DNA of 26,109 bases from an uncultured archaeon (GCA_964525635.1 CAZGJX010000056.1:1-26109); one strand, 5' to 3'. Counted from the first letter of the stretch, positions 1 to 9,209 are shown. Numbers and translations are program-made. The notes: generated by a model not told the origin, from the letters alone.

Positions 1-363
1 TTTTCCAAATTCAGTTTTTAAGATAACTGAAAATGCCGTACTATCTTTATCCGTTTGAATTACATGAGAAAGATCTACTCCTCTTTTATGCATATCATCC
101 ATACAGATAGTTGCTGAAAAATCATTCCCTAAAACTCCTAAATAAGCGCTATTTAAATGTAACATAGCACAATTACAAGCTATATTTGCAGCCGAACCTC
201 CAGGAACGAATCTAACGTTATCAACATTCATCTTTCGACTATATTCAATTGCTGTATATTTTTTTATTTTATCTCTATCAAACAATTCAAATCTAAGAAT
301 ATCATTTAATTGAATAATACAGTCTAATGTGCAACTCCCAATTGTTATAATCTCAGGTTTCAT
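1..363 (-). CDS. PfkB/ribokinase-family carbohydrate kinase (5' part; runs off the window edge)
   Basis: Manual translation from ATG at 363: MKPEIITIGSCTLDCII...FVPGGSAANIACNCAMLHLNSAYLGVLGNDFSA..., matching the PfkB N-terminal signature GG-x-x-x-N-x-A...G-x-x-G-x-D. Not in the ORF track because it is truncated. Confidence 0.88.
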   Translation of the reverse strand, partial: MKPEIITIGSCTLDCIIQLNDILRFELFDRDKIKKYTAIEYSRKMNVDNVRFVPGGSAANIACNCAMLHLNSAYLGVLGNDFSATICMDDMHKRGVDLSHVIQTDKDSTAFSVILKTEFGK

Positions 364-571
364 TATTTTCACTTAATTTTAACTTAAATAAAATATTGAA
401 TTAAATTAGAAATATAGTCCAATCTTAAAAACTTTATTTAAGTAGGCTCTTTAAGAATTATATAAAGAGGATATTATAATATCATTACTCTTACCTAAAA
501 GAAATTATAATTCTTATAGACCCAATTTAAAACTTCAATTATGTAAAAAGTTAAAAAATTTTAAAAAAACT

Positions 572-1198
572 TTAATCTTTAGATTTTAATCTATTTAATT
601 CCTTTTCAAGTTCATCTATTTTTTCATTTGAGGTAACACTTGGTAAAGCCCCTGTCATTTCAACATTTATTTCAGCATCTATCTCACCAAGAACATCACT
701 TACTTGGTCGTCTGTTACAGCAGTGTCTAAAGTTATACCATCAATACCCTCAGCCGTTATTTCAGAAGTTACTTCGAAATCTTCTATGTTCATATTAATA
801 TCAGTCATCATTTCTGTTATCTGAGGTATTGAAAGTGTTGCTTTAAGATTTGCAACAGATTGTGCAATATTTTTCATAATACCTGCTACATCACTAATCG
901 CACTTGCTTGTTCTAATTTAAATAATAAGCCTTCTAAATTTGTTCTAAATGCATCAACAGCTCTTGCCTGCTTTTTTACTTGCAAATAATTTCTGGCATG
1001 AAATTTTGATCCGTCCATATCTCCTTGTTGTCGTAGCCTCACTGCTTTATCTCTGGCAAGTTTAGCGCTCATATCTAATTTCTTAGATTGACGGAGTAAT
1101 CGTTTATTAAAAACTTTTAACTTTATAGTTGCAGAGCGAATAGTATCGCTTTTTTTGCCTCCAGAAAGCCAACCACTAATATCTTTTAAAAAACCTAT
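572..1198 (-). CDS. ESCRT-III subunit, Vps2/24/46 (CHMP1-3)-like, ~208 aa with probable ATA start
   Basis: Snf7-family pattern: basic N-terminal helices, acidic C-terminal half, MIM1-like tail IDELEKELNRLK. The frame stays open 42 codons upstream of the ORF-track Met (1072), to ATA at 1198, giving (M)GFLKDISGWLSGGKK. AGGTGA (1205-1210) precedes it. Divergent from Vps4. Confidence 0.9.
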   Translation of the reverse strand: MGFLKDISGWLSGGKKSDTIRSATIKLKVFNKRLLRQSKKLDMSAKLARDKAVRLRQQGDMDGSKFHARNYLQVKKQARAVDAFRTNLEGLLFKLEQASAISDVAGIMKNIAQSVANLKATLSIPQITEMMTDINMNIEDFEVTSEITAEGIDGITLDTAVTDDQVSDVLGEIDAEINVEMTGALPSVTSNEKIDELEKELNRLKSKD

Positions 1199-1653
1199 GA
1201 GAAATCACCTAAAAAATTATTATTCTTTTTATAATATATAAAAAATCTAATTATATAAAATTATTTTTGGAGTCCAAAAATTATTTTTAAAATTACAACT
1301 AAATAAGTTCTGTTAAAATTGAAAGTACTTATTTTATTTAATATAATCTTTATAGCTATGTTAGATTATCTATAGCAATCGTCTTAATGACTTTTTATAC
1401 TCTTTCTAGTAAAATAATCGGAAAAGAGTATATTTTAAATTGTTATAAGATTATCCTTTTTTTATAATAATAAAAGTTGATAACTTTAGCAATTTTATAA
1501 AGATTGAATCAATTCCTCATGTTATTTTTAAAATATAATAATATAAATGAATATAAAAATTCTAAAGACTATATATATTAATAATAATTTAGATTGTTAT
1601 AATAAAAGAGATTTAAAAAATTCTAAAATAATTATATTATGGGGTAAGAAGGA

Positions 1654-2868
1654 ATGTCCTCCGTAGATTCAAAATTATATCAATTTGCAGTACAAGAAGC
1701 ACAAGAAGCTGTGGCTTTAGATTCGAAAGGTCAATACAGACTAGCAGTAGTAAAATATCAGAGAGCAGCCGAAAGTTTAATTCAATTTATAAAATTTAAT
1801 AAAAATCAAATTATGAATCAGAAATGTAAACTTCAAATAGAGGAATATTTAGATCGTGCTAAGGTTTTACAAGCCCATTTAAAAGGTGGAAGTTCGAAAA
1901 GAGTTCCATCTAAAAGGGATTCAGGTAAACCAACTGAAGATAAAATTGAAGAGGAAGGAGAAAATGTATCTACTGAAGAACAGGAATTATTCGATATGGT
2001 TTCAGGAACAATAATTACAGAATCACCTGATATTAAATGGTCAGATATCGCAGGATTAGAAAATAGCAAACAATTAATAAGAGAAGCAATAGTTTTACCT
2101 ATCTTAAAACCAGAATGGTTTACGGGAGCAGTAAAGCCATGGAAAGGAATCTTATTATTTGGTCCACCAGGATGTGGTAAAACTTTACTAGGAAAGGCTG
2201 CGGCATCTGAAATCAATGCTACATTTTTTGGTACTTCTGCTTCAGATTTATTAAGTAAATGGCTTGGAGAGAGTGAAAAATTAATTAGTTCTTTATTTAA
2301 ATTAGCGCGAGTAAGAGCTCCAAGTCTAATTTTTATGGATGAAATTGATGCTGTGGCAACAAAAAGAGGTGGGACTGAAAGTGGAGGTGAAAGAAGAGTA
2401 AAAACACAACTTCTAAGTGAAATAGAAGGATTAAAATCTTCAAGTGATAAACCTCTACTTGTAATAGGGGCAACAAATCATCCTTGGGATCTAGATAATG
2501 CTATTCTTAGCCGATTTCAAAAAAGAGTGTTTGTTCCTCTGCCAGATATGGAAGCTAGAAAGGCTATTTTCAAGCTTAATACTAAAGGGGTTAATATGAC
2601 GATGGAAGATGATGATTTTGTTGAATTAGCAGTTAGATCAGAGGGATACTCTGGAAGAGATATAGCAAATATTTGTAATGAAGTAGTAATGCTACCTATT
2701 CGGGAAATAGACATTTCAGGTCTTATTGATAACCCAGATTCAGATGTACAAAGGAGAGCTATTACAATTAATGATTTTAAAAAAACATTGAAGAGATCTA
2801 AACCAATACTATACAAAGAAGAATTAAAACAATATCAAGATTGGGAAGATAAATACGGTCAAGATTAA
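1654..2868 (+). CDS. vps4: Vps4-like AAA+ ATPase with N-terminal MIT domain
   Basis: MIT three-helix region (AQEAVALDSKGQYRLAVVKYQRAAE), Walker A GPPGCGKT, pore loop SKWLGESEK, Walker B IFMDEID, ATNHPWDLD, C-terminal helix ELKQYQDWEDKYGQ. Lies in an ESCRT neighbourhood. Confidence 0.95.
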   Translation: MSSVDSKLYQFAVQEAQEAVALDSKGQYRLAVVKYQRAAESLIQFIKFNKNQIMNQKCKLQIEEYLDRAKVLQAHLKGGSSKRVPSKRDSGKPTEDKIEEEGENVSTEEQELFDMVSGTIITESPDIKWSDIAGLENSKQLIREAIVLPILKPEWFTGAVKPWKGILLFGPPGCGKTLLGKAAASEINATFFGTSASDLLSKWLGESEKLISSLFKLARVRAPSLIFMDEIDAVATKRGGTESGGERRVKTQLLSEIEGLKSSSDKPLLVIGATNHPWDLDNAILSRFQKRVFVPLPDMEARKAIFKLNTKGVNMTMEDDDFVELAVRSEGYSGRDIANICNEVVMLPIREIDISGLIDNPDSDVQRRAITINDFKKTLKRSKPILYKEELKQYQDWEDKYGQD

Positions 2869-2880
2869 TTAACATAAGAT

Positions 2881-3825
2881 TTGTTGTTAAAAATGGAAAG
2901 ACAAAGAAAGAGAGTTAAAGAAGTTTCAAAGGAAATTAAACAAAAGACAGATAAAGAACTAGAGAAATTAAGAGAAGAATTAGAGAGATTAAGAAGATTA
3001 AAAGAACAAAAAGAAAGGGAACAAAAGGAAAAGGAGGAAATAGAAGAGGAATCTAAGTCCAAAGAAACAAAGAAAACAACAGACGAGTTAATATCTGATG
3101 AAAATATAGAAATTAGTGGAATTGAAAAAATTGAAGATAAATTAAATGAAATTGATACATTTTTAAGTGAAGAGTTAGAACGTATTGATCATAAAACATA
3201 TGAGAAAAATGCAGAATATATTGAATCACAACTCCATGAATTGGAGAAAGAAATCGTTGGAGAAGCAGGATTAATCGAAAAGGAATTATCTCCTTATGAG
3301 AAATTACTTGAACATTATCCTTGGCTTGAAGAACCTAGATATGATTATATGTTTCAAATTCCCAATAAGACTAAAAATCCCAATGATTTTGAATCTTGGC
3401 AAAATGAATGGGGTAAGGTTCTGTTCGATTATGCTAGATATGCGATATTGCATATTCTCTATCTAACAAAACTACACAGTGAAAAACCCTTTTTAAAATT
3501 CGAAAACCGTAAAAATGCTATAAAAGAAATAGCAAATAAATTGGTAGATGATGAATTAGGAGAATGGATTTCTAAAAAACAGGATAAAATTAGGGTTTAT
3601 TGGAAAACTTTAGATATTTGGGCCGATGAAATATATGAATGGGCTTATGAGCTGGGAAAAATAGAACCTATACTTCTCTATGAAATTAGAGATGCAAAAG
3701 AAGAATTTAGTTCGCTTCCTAAAGCAGATATTGTAAAAATATTTGAAATGCTCTCAAAAGAAGGAAAGGGGAAGCTTATTAAAACCGATGATGACCAAGT
3801 TGCTTTAAAAATAGCAATTGAATAA
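2881..3825 (+). CDS. vps25: Vps25 (ESCRT-II)-like tandem winged-helix protein with a long charged N-terminal extension (ATG at 2893 is an alternative start)
   Basis: C-terminal half has Vps25-like motifs WGKVLFDYAR...GEW...RVYWKTLDIWADEIYEWAYELG...LYEI. The N-terminal ~140 aa are E/K/R-rich. Starts 12 bp after vps4. Confidence 0.82.
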   Translation: MLLKMERQRKRVKEVSKEIKQKTDKELEKLREELERLRRLKEQKEREQKEKEEIEEESKSKETKKTTDELISDENIEISGIEKIEDKLNEIDTFLSEELERIDHKTYEKNAEYIESQLHELEKEIVGEAGLIEKELSPYEKLLEHYPWLEEPRYDYMFQIPNKTKNPNDFESWQNEWGKVLFDYARYAILHILYLTKLHSEKPFLKFENRKNAIKEIANKLVDDELGEWISKKQDKIRVYWKTLDIWADEIYEWAYELGKIEPILLYEIRDAKEEFSSLPKADIVKIFEMLSKEGKGKLIKTDDDQVALKIAIE

Positions 3826-3838
3826 TTTTTAAAATAAA

Positions 3839-4561
3839 TTATAGTGATGGAAAAAACCATTGTTTTCCTTTAAGAATAGATTCTGTAAATTTAGCAAGTC
3901 CACTATCTTCTAAGGATTTTAATGCTTTAAGTGATCTATTTTGCGTCCATCCTAAATCTTTAATAAGATCTTCTAATACTATAACGCCCTGACCTTTTTC
4001 TTTTACTAAGTTAACTACTTTATTTTGATCTGCAGTATAATGAATAGGAAAAAATTGAACCATTATAGCACCTGATTCAAGTTTTTTCACTTCCTCAATA
4101 ACACCTCTCTTTTCAAGATTATCCATAGCCTTAGCAACATCTCTAATCTCTACTTTTCCATTTAGTATCCCCGTATTTACAACATCAAAGATTTCAGATA
4201 AAGGTAATAATCCAACTCCTATTTCTTCCTTTCTAAGAAGAATACGTTGATAAGCCAACATTCCAAGTTTATCAAAATCAATTTTACTTTTTTTACTTAA
4301 TACATCAATTTCTATTATTTGTTCTTTAATAATTTTTGAAGATGGTATGTTATATTTTTTTTGGAGATATTCAACTTCTTCTTTTAATTTAGGATTTAAT
4401 GCTAAAATTACTCCATGTTTTTTTGCCATTTCATCAATTTTTTCTTTCGTGAGGTTTTTTATTGAAGCTTTCGCTTCCATTTCTTTAAATTTCAATTCAG
4501 CAGCTTTTTTTCTCATGGCTTCCCTGAGATCAATCTCATCCTCAATCTTTCTTATACCCAT
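3839..4561 (-). CDS. Vps22/Vps36 (EAP30 domain, ESCRT-II)-like protein
   Basis: Likely start MGIRKIE (ATG 4561). EAP30-like motifs GLLPLSEI...DVAKAMDNL...DQNKVVNLV...LIKDLGWTQNRSLKALKSLEDSGLA. Convergent with vps25. Confidence 0.82.
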   Translation of the reverse strand: MGIRKIEDEIDLREAMRKKAAELKFKEMEAKASIKNLTKEKIDEMAKKHGVILALNPKLKEEVEYLQKKYNIPSSKIIKEQIIEIDVLSKKSKIDFDKLGMLAYQRILLRKEEIGVGLLPLSEIFDVVNTGILNGKVEIRDVAKAMDNLEKRGVIEEVKKLESGAIMVQFFPIHYTADQNKVVNLVKEKGQGVIVLEDLIKDLGWTQNRSLKALKSLEDSGLAKFTESILKGKQWFFPSL

Positions 4562-4639
4562 ACAAATTAACACCAATTTTTAATTAACATAATGATTAAT
4601 AAATAATAAAAATGTTTTATTTATTTATCTTATCCGAAA

Positions 4640-5215
4640 ATGGTTGTTTTAACAGATTTTAGAGCTTTAAATACAATAGAAAAAAAAATTATTAGAAATT
4701 CTTTGGTTAAAATTTCTTCAAATTTCATTTCTTTTTTAAATATTAATAATCAATTTTTATATGTTTTAATTGATAGAAATAATGAACTAAAAAAATATCC
4801 CGAGATCTTTTTCATTCCTGAGGACCTAGAAAAAATTATATTAAATTTCGAGAATAAAATCCAATTTTCAGGGATATATCTTGGATTTATAAAAAAAGGA
4901 GAATTCTATCTCAGTATTGAAGGAGCAGAATATTTTGTAAATATCGATTTATTTCCAAAAAAATTACATATTTTCGTAGATCAAAAAGCTGAAAAGTCAA
5001 TACTTTATGGAAATCATATAAAAAAATGGATGATTAAATCTGATTTAAAAAATATGAAAATAGATTCTCATATTCTAATTTTTAACCAATTAAATGAATT
5101 AATATCAATTAGTAAATTAATAAAAAATGAAAATGAAATAAAATTTCTTAAAATGGATGATATAATTGCTTTAAACATTATAGATAAAGGATATTTTCTC
5201 AGGAAACAGCCATAG
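4640..5215 (+). CDS. Nip7/UPF0113-like PUA-domain ribosome biogenesis protein
   Basis: GIYLG...FYLSIEG, AEKSILYGNHI, and C-terminal NIIDKGYFLR resemble archaeal Nip7. A Nop2-like gene is nearby. Confidence 0.75.
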   Translation: MVVLTDFRALNTIEKKIIRNSLVKISSNFISFLNINNQFLYVLIDRNNELKKYPEIFFIPEDLEKIILNFENKIQFSGIYLGFIKKGEFYLSIEGAEYFVNIDLFPKKLHIFVDQKAEKSILYGNHIKKWMIKSDLKNMKIDSHILIFNQLNELISISKLIKNENEIKFLKMDDIIALNIIDKGYFLRKQP

Positions 5216-5348
5216 ATAATAAAAGCATATTTAACACAATTATATGAAATTGAACTTAATCAATTTTTATATTACTACTATTTGTCTAATCATTATTCTA
5301 AAAAAGTTATAGATAATTAATTAAAAAAAAAAAGAAAATAAATAGATT

Positions 5349-5615
5349 TTATGAGTTAATCAATTGAAATAAGACTGAAGGAAGAGGAATGAAGAATTCA
5401 TCCTTTCTTTTTATCACAACTGTACGAAAGTATTCTGCAAGACTGAGAAAACCTTGAATAATAGATTCATCTTCTTCAAATTTAAAAATAACGGTAGCTA
5501 ATGCTCCCCCAGTATTTAGATTTACTTTTTCATATACTCTTTCATCGATTAAGGGGATTTTTAACTCATTTAAGATTTGATAAACTCGTTTTTTATAGTT
5601 AAGGGAAATCCTCAT
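5349..5615 (-). CDS. Hypothetical protein; the true N-terminus may lie in an overlapping frame (5599-5652)
   Basis: 88-aa ORF with globular composition and no SD before ATG 5615. A TGGTGA SD precedes ATG 5652 in another frame. Confidence 0.65.
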   Translation of the reverse strand: MRISLNYKKRVYQILNELKIPLIDERVYEKVNLNTGGALATVIFKFEEDESIIQGFLSLAEYFRTVVIKRKDEFFIPLPSVLFQLINS

Positions 5616-5692
5616 TAAAATATACTATTATAAAGAGTTCATTCTTAGCCATATTATATCACCATTTTTTATTTTTTTAATACTTGATATTC

Positions 5693-6283
5693 TTAATTTG
5701 AGTCCTCCAATTCCTTTTTAATATTTAAGATTATTTCATTTATTTTTTTGATATAATCATTTAATCTATCACGAGCTACAATAATAGTCTCTTTTTGAAG
5801 ATTTAAAAGATGCAGTTTTTTTTTAGGACTTAAATCCAAATTTTCTTTTTCTGGTTTAATTATATTTGATAATAATTGATAATTTAGGATATTATCAAAA
5901 TACTCTAGTTCTTCTGAATCAAATGGAAAAATATGTTCTGATGATAATGATAAGAAATGTTTATAAACCTTTCTTATTTTATTTTGACTTTTTTTCATAA
6001 GTCTTAATGTTTCTTTCCCTTTATCTGTAATTTCATAAACTTGTTTATTTCTTATCTTATTTTTTTGATAAACAAGTTTTATTAATCCCATTTCTCTTTG
6101 TTTTTTTAATATCCAATATAATGTTGATGCTGTTGGATTCCATATCCCCAACGTACGTTTTCTTATTTTATTGTTTATCTCATATCCGTGTGAAGGTCCA
6201 TCTTTAAGTATCGAAAGAATAAAAATAGTAGCGAAATTTTTTTTTATTACTTTTTCATAACTTTTTGCATATTCTTCAACCAT
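5693..6283 (-). CDS. PadR-family transcriptional regulator
   Basis: ILSILKDGPSHGYEI...PTASTLYWILKK...G...KQVYEITDKG, plus a C-terminal coiled helix. Confidence 0.92.
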   Translation of the reverse strand: MVEEYAKSYEKVIKKNFATIFILSILKDGPSHGYEINNKIRKRTLGIWNPTASTLYWILKKQREMGLIKLVYQKNKIRNKQVYEITDKGKETLRLMKKSQNKIRKVYKHFLSLSSEHIFPFDSEELEYFDNILNYQLLSNIIKPEKENLDLSPKKKLHLLNLQKETIIVARDRLNDYIKKINEIILNIKKELEDSN

Positions 6284-6321
6284 TTCAGATCTACTTTAAT
6301 TTTATAATTTTGAATATCAAG

Positions 6322-6352
6322 TACCAGTGACTGGTAGTTTCAGTCACTGGTA
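6322..6352. promoter_or_regulatory. Tandem palindromic operator upstream of padR (probable autoregulatory site)
   Basis: TACCAGT-G-ACTGGTA (6322-6336) and TTTCAGT-C-ACTGGTA (6338-6352). Together they form a 12-bp inverted repeat, TACCAGTGACTG-n7-CAGTCACTGGTA, 39-69 bp upstream of the padR ATG. Confidence 0.75.
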
Positions 6353-6398
6353 TAATATATTTATAGAAATATAAAAATTTGCTTTTTTGAAATTAAAA

Positions 6399-7361
6399 TT
6401 AATTCTTTTTTATCAAACAAATAAAAAATCCGATTGAATCATGAATATGTGGAAAAAAGCGTTGAGAATACTTTAGATCATTAATTAATTCATCATCTAA
6501 TATTTGATTATAACCAGGTATACCAAATTGTTGATGAATTTTCTCAATTTTAAAACCAGATTTTCTTTTAAGAACATTATTGATAACATATTCATTTTCT
6601 TCAGGTGCTATTGAACAGGTGCTATAAAGTAATAATCCATTATTTTTCAATGAGACTAAGCCAGCAGATAACAAATCCTCCTGTATTTTTGTTATTTTTT
6701 TTATATCATCCATAGTTCGATTATTTTTTCTCTCTGGATCATCCCTGATTAATCCTTCTCCTGTACATGGTGCATCCAGTAAAATTTTATCGCCCTTTAA
6801 ATTTAATTTTTTTAATTCTTTTGCATCGTCATTAATCAAAATTGAATTATAAATTCCCATTCTACGTAGATTAAATTCTAACGCAGGAATTCTATTTTTA
6901 TTTCTTTCTATTAAAATTAGTTTTCCTTTATTCTGCATTATCTGAGCTAAATGAGTTGATTTTCCCCCTGGAGCAGCACACATATCAATAATAAGGTCAT
7001 TAGAATCTGGATTTAAAATAATAGGAGGGAGCATAGAAACTTTATTTTGTATGTAAAAATATCCTTGTAGATATTCATGAAGTGCTCCTAGATTTGAAGG
7101 GGATTTAACTACATTAAAAGCATAAGGTATCCAATCTATTTTTTTTAATAAAAAGCCTTTTTTTTCTAATCTTATTTTTAAATCTGAAGGATTTATCTTT
7201 AATGTGTTAACTCTAATACTTAATATGGACGGATGTTCATTAGCATTTAAAAGGTTTATTGTTTCTTCTAATCCAAAAAATTTAATATATCTTTCAATCA
7301 TATAAGATAAATATCCATATTTTTTAGCAAGTCTATCGACTTTTTGTTTTAAATTATTAAT
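6399..7361 (-). CDS. RsmB/NOP2-family RNA m5C methyltransferase (ORF-track start 7301; probable upstream ATT start)
   Basis: DMCAAPGGKS, ILLDAPCTGEG, LLYSTCS, FPHIHDSIGFF. The frame is open upstream as INNLKQKVDRLAKKYGYLSY-MIERY, which resembles the archaeal Nop2 N-terminus. Confidence 0.92.
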   Translation of the reverse strand: MNNLKQKVDRLAKKYGYLSYMIERYIKFFGLEETINLLNANEHPSILSIRVNTLKINPSDLKIRLEKKGFLLKKIDWIPYAFNVVKSPSNLGALHEYLQGYFYIQNKVSMLPPIILNPDSNDLIIDMCAAPGGKSTHLAQIMQNKGKLILIERNKNRIPALEFNLRRMGIYNSILINDDAKELKKLNLKGDKILLDAPCTGEGLIRDDPERKNNRTMDDIKKITKIQEDLLSAGLVSLKNNGLLLYSTCSIAPEENEYVINNVLKRKSGFKIEKIHQQFGIPGYNQILDDELINDLKYSQRFFPHIHDSIGFFICLIKKN

Positions 7362-7448
7362 ATAGAATCAACTCGAAACTTCTAAAAAACCAAAATTATT
7401 TCTTAAGATAAATATTATTACTTCTATAATAAATATTCGATAAAAAAA

Positions 7449-8057
7449 GTGTTTTTATTGATTGAAGTCGAAGTAAAGGCTCATATTGAGAATCTAGAAT
7501 TTTTTGAAGAGCAACTAAAAAACAAACGCTATAAATATAAAAGTTCTCTTAATCATGAAGATACATATTATAATATGCCACATGGGCTCAGAGATTTTAT
7601 AGAGTCCGATGAGGCATTAAGAATAAGAAAATCAATTGAATTTAGTAAAAATGACAAAGAAATTCCTAAAAAAATAAATTATTATCTCACATATAAGGGA
7701 AAAAAATTAGATAATAATACAAAAACTCGAAAAGAAATTGAAATAAAGGTTGAGGATGGAGATACTCTAAAAGAACTATTAACCATTATCGGATTTATAG
7801 AAGTATTAACTATAAAAAAAGAAAGACAACTATATAAAACTTTATATAAGAATTATGAAATAGAAATTCTTATAGATTATATACCTTTATTGACCCAATA
7901 TTTCCTTGAAGTAGAAATAGGTACAGAATTAGAAGAAAATATCGAAGAAACAAAGCAAATATTATTTGAATTTTTAGATTTTTTTCATATTAAGAAAAAA
8001 GACTCTATTAGAAAGTCTTATTTAGAATTAGTATTAGACAAATTTGAAAATAATTAA
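7449..8057 (+). CDS. cyaB: CYTH-family triphosphate tunnel enzyme (class IV adenylate cyclase CyaB-like); likely start TTG 7458
   Basis: N-terminal EVEVK (ExExK), HEDTYY, DEALRIR, LTYKG, TRKEIE, KKERQLY, FLEVE, RKSYLEL. Confidence 0.88.
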   Translation: MFLLIEVEVKAHIENLEFFEEQLKNKRYKYKSSLNHEDTYYNMPHGLRDFIESDEALRIRKSIEFSKNDKEIPKKINYYLTYKGKKLDNNTKTRKEIEIKVEDGDTLKELLTIIGFIEVLTIKKERQLYKTLYKNYEIEILIDYIPLLTQYFLEVEIGTELEENIEETKQILFEFLDFFHIKKKDSIRKSYLELVLDKFENN

Positions 8058-8066
8058 AATATTAAA

Positions 8067-9209
8067 TTATTTAATATCTTCTTTTACAACTTCATGATGA
8101 CAGATAGAAATAGGATGATCTGAAGAAGCGATTAATTTAATATTTTCATTAATATGTACATATGAACTAAGAATGACAGGTTGGTCTTTTTTTCCCTTTA
8201 AAATAGCATTTTTTTGAACATAACAATTATCTGCTATTATTGTTTTCTCAATTTTCGTATTTTCTGAAATATTTACATTATTGAAAATTAAAGTTTCTTT
8301 TATCTCGCAATTTACTCCAATATTAACGTTATGACCTATAATTGCATTAGGTCCAATTACACAATTTTGTTCTATGATAACATTCTCACCTATATTCACG
8401 GGAGATTTAATTTTAACACTTGGATCTATATTTGCATTACTTTCTATTAAATTATTATTACTTATATCGTTATTTTTTAGGATTTCTTTCATTAAAAGAA
8501 TATTTCCTTCCAATAATTCATTAGGTAACCCTATATCTTTCCAAATTCCTGATATGGTATAATGAGATAATTTTCTCTCAGTTGCTAAAATAGGAAAAAC
8601 ATCCCTTTCTAATGATAATTTTTTATATGGTTGAATATAAGAGAATATTTCTGGTTCTAATATATATATACCAGCATTAACAGGAAATTTTTGATTCTTT
8701 TTAATAGGAAGATTAAATCTTTCTTTTTCCAAAAATTCCAATATATTTTGAGTTTTTTCATCTATAATTAAAACACCATATCTAGTAGGATTATCGACTA
8801 ATCTACTTGCGATTGTTCCTATTTTATTTTGATTATTATGTATATTAAGCATATCTTTAAAATCAAAATTTAAAATAACATCTCCATTAACCATGAAAAA
8901 ATTATCATCTCCTAAATATTCTTCAGCTAATTTAAGAGCACCAGCAGTTCCCATAGGTGTTTTTTCATCAGTATAATGAAGTTTTAATTTTAATTTTTCG
9001 CCATTCCCAAAATAATTATTTAAATAATCGGACATAACACTAACGGCAAGAACGATCTCATTAATCCCAGCTTTTTTTAAAAGTAACATCTGCCTTTCAA
9101 TTACAGGTCTATTCCCAACAGGAATTAGCGTTTTTGGAATAGTACAAGTGAGTGGTCGCAGTCTTGTCCCCCAACCACCCGATAGAATTATCGCTTTTGT
9201 CATTTTCAA
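8067..9209 (-). CDS. Sugar-phosphate nucleotidyltransferase (mannose-1-phosphate guanylyltransferase-like) with C-terminal left-handed beta-helix
   Basis: AIILSGGWGTRLRPLT..PK, E..PMGTAGAL, VNGD, FLEK, NAGIY, WKDIG, followed by hexapeptide repeats. ATG 9203 is the likely start. Confidence 0.9.
   Translation of the reverse strand: MKMTKAIILSGGWGTRLRPLTCTIPKTLIPVGNRPVIERQMLLLKKAGINEIVLAVSVMSDYLNNYFGNGEKLKLKLHYTDEKTPMGTAGALKLAEEYLGDDNFFMVNGDVILNFDFKDMLNIHNNQNKIGTIASRLVDNPTRYGVLIIDEKTQNILEFLEKERFNLPIKKNQKFPVNAGIYILEPEIFSYIQPYKKLSLERDVFPILATERKLSHYTISGIWKDIGLPNELLEGNILLMKEILKNNDISNNNLIESNANIDPSVKIKSPVNIGENVIIEQNCVIGPNAIIGHNVNIGVNCEIKETLIFNNVNISENTKIEKTIIADNCYVQKNAILKGKKDQPVILSSYVHINENIKLIASSDHPISICHHEVVKEDIK

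Noticed and set aside
1211-1653. Long ESCRT-III/vps4 intergenic region with weak palindromes (e.g. TAGATTATCTA near 1362-1372)
   Set aside because: Very AT-rich, so short palindromes are expected by chance. I found no convincing ORF or RNA structure.
1833-3062. Minus-strand ORFs 1833-2216, 2517-2816 and 2865-3062
   Set aside because: S/F/L-rich antisense shadows of vps4 and vps25.
3678-4583. ORFs 3678-3860 (-) and 4347-4583 (+)
   Set aside because: Antisense to vps25 and vps22/36, with no independent coding signal.
7449-8057. CyaB as evidence for a cAMP signalling or defence module
   Set aside because: Archaeal CYTH proteins are widespread and often act as triphosphatases. No effector genes are adjacent.
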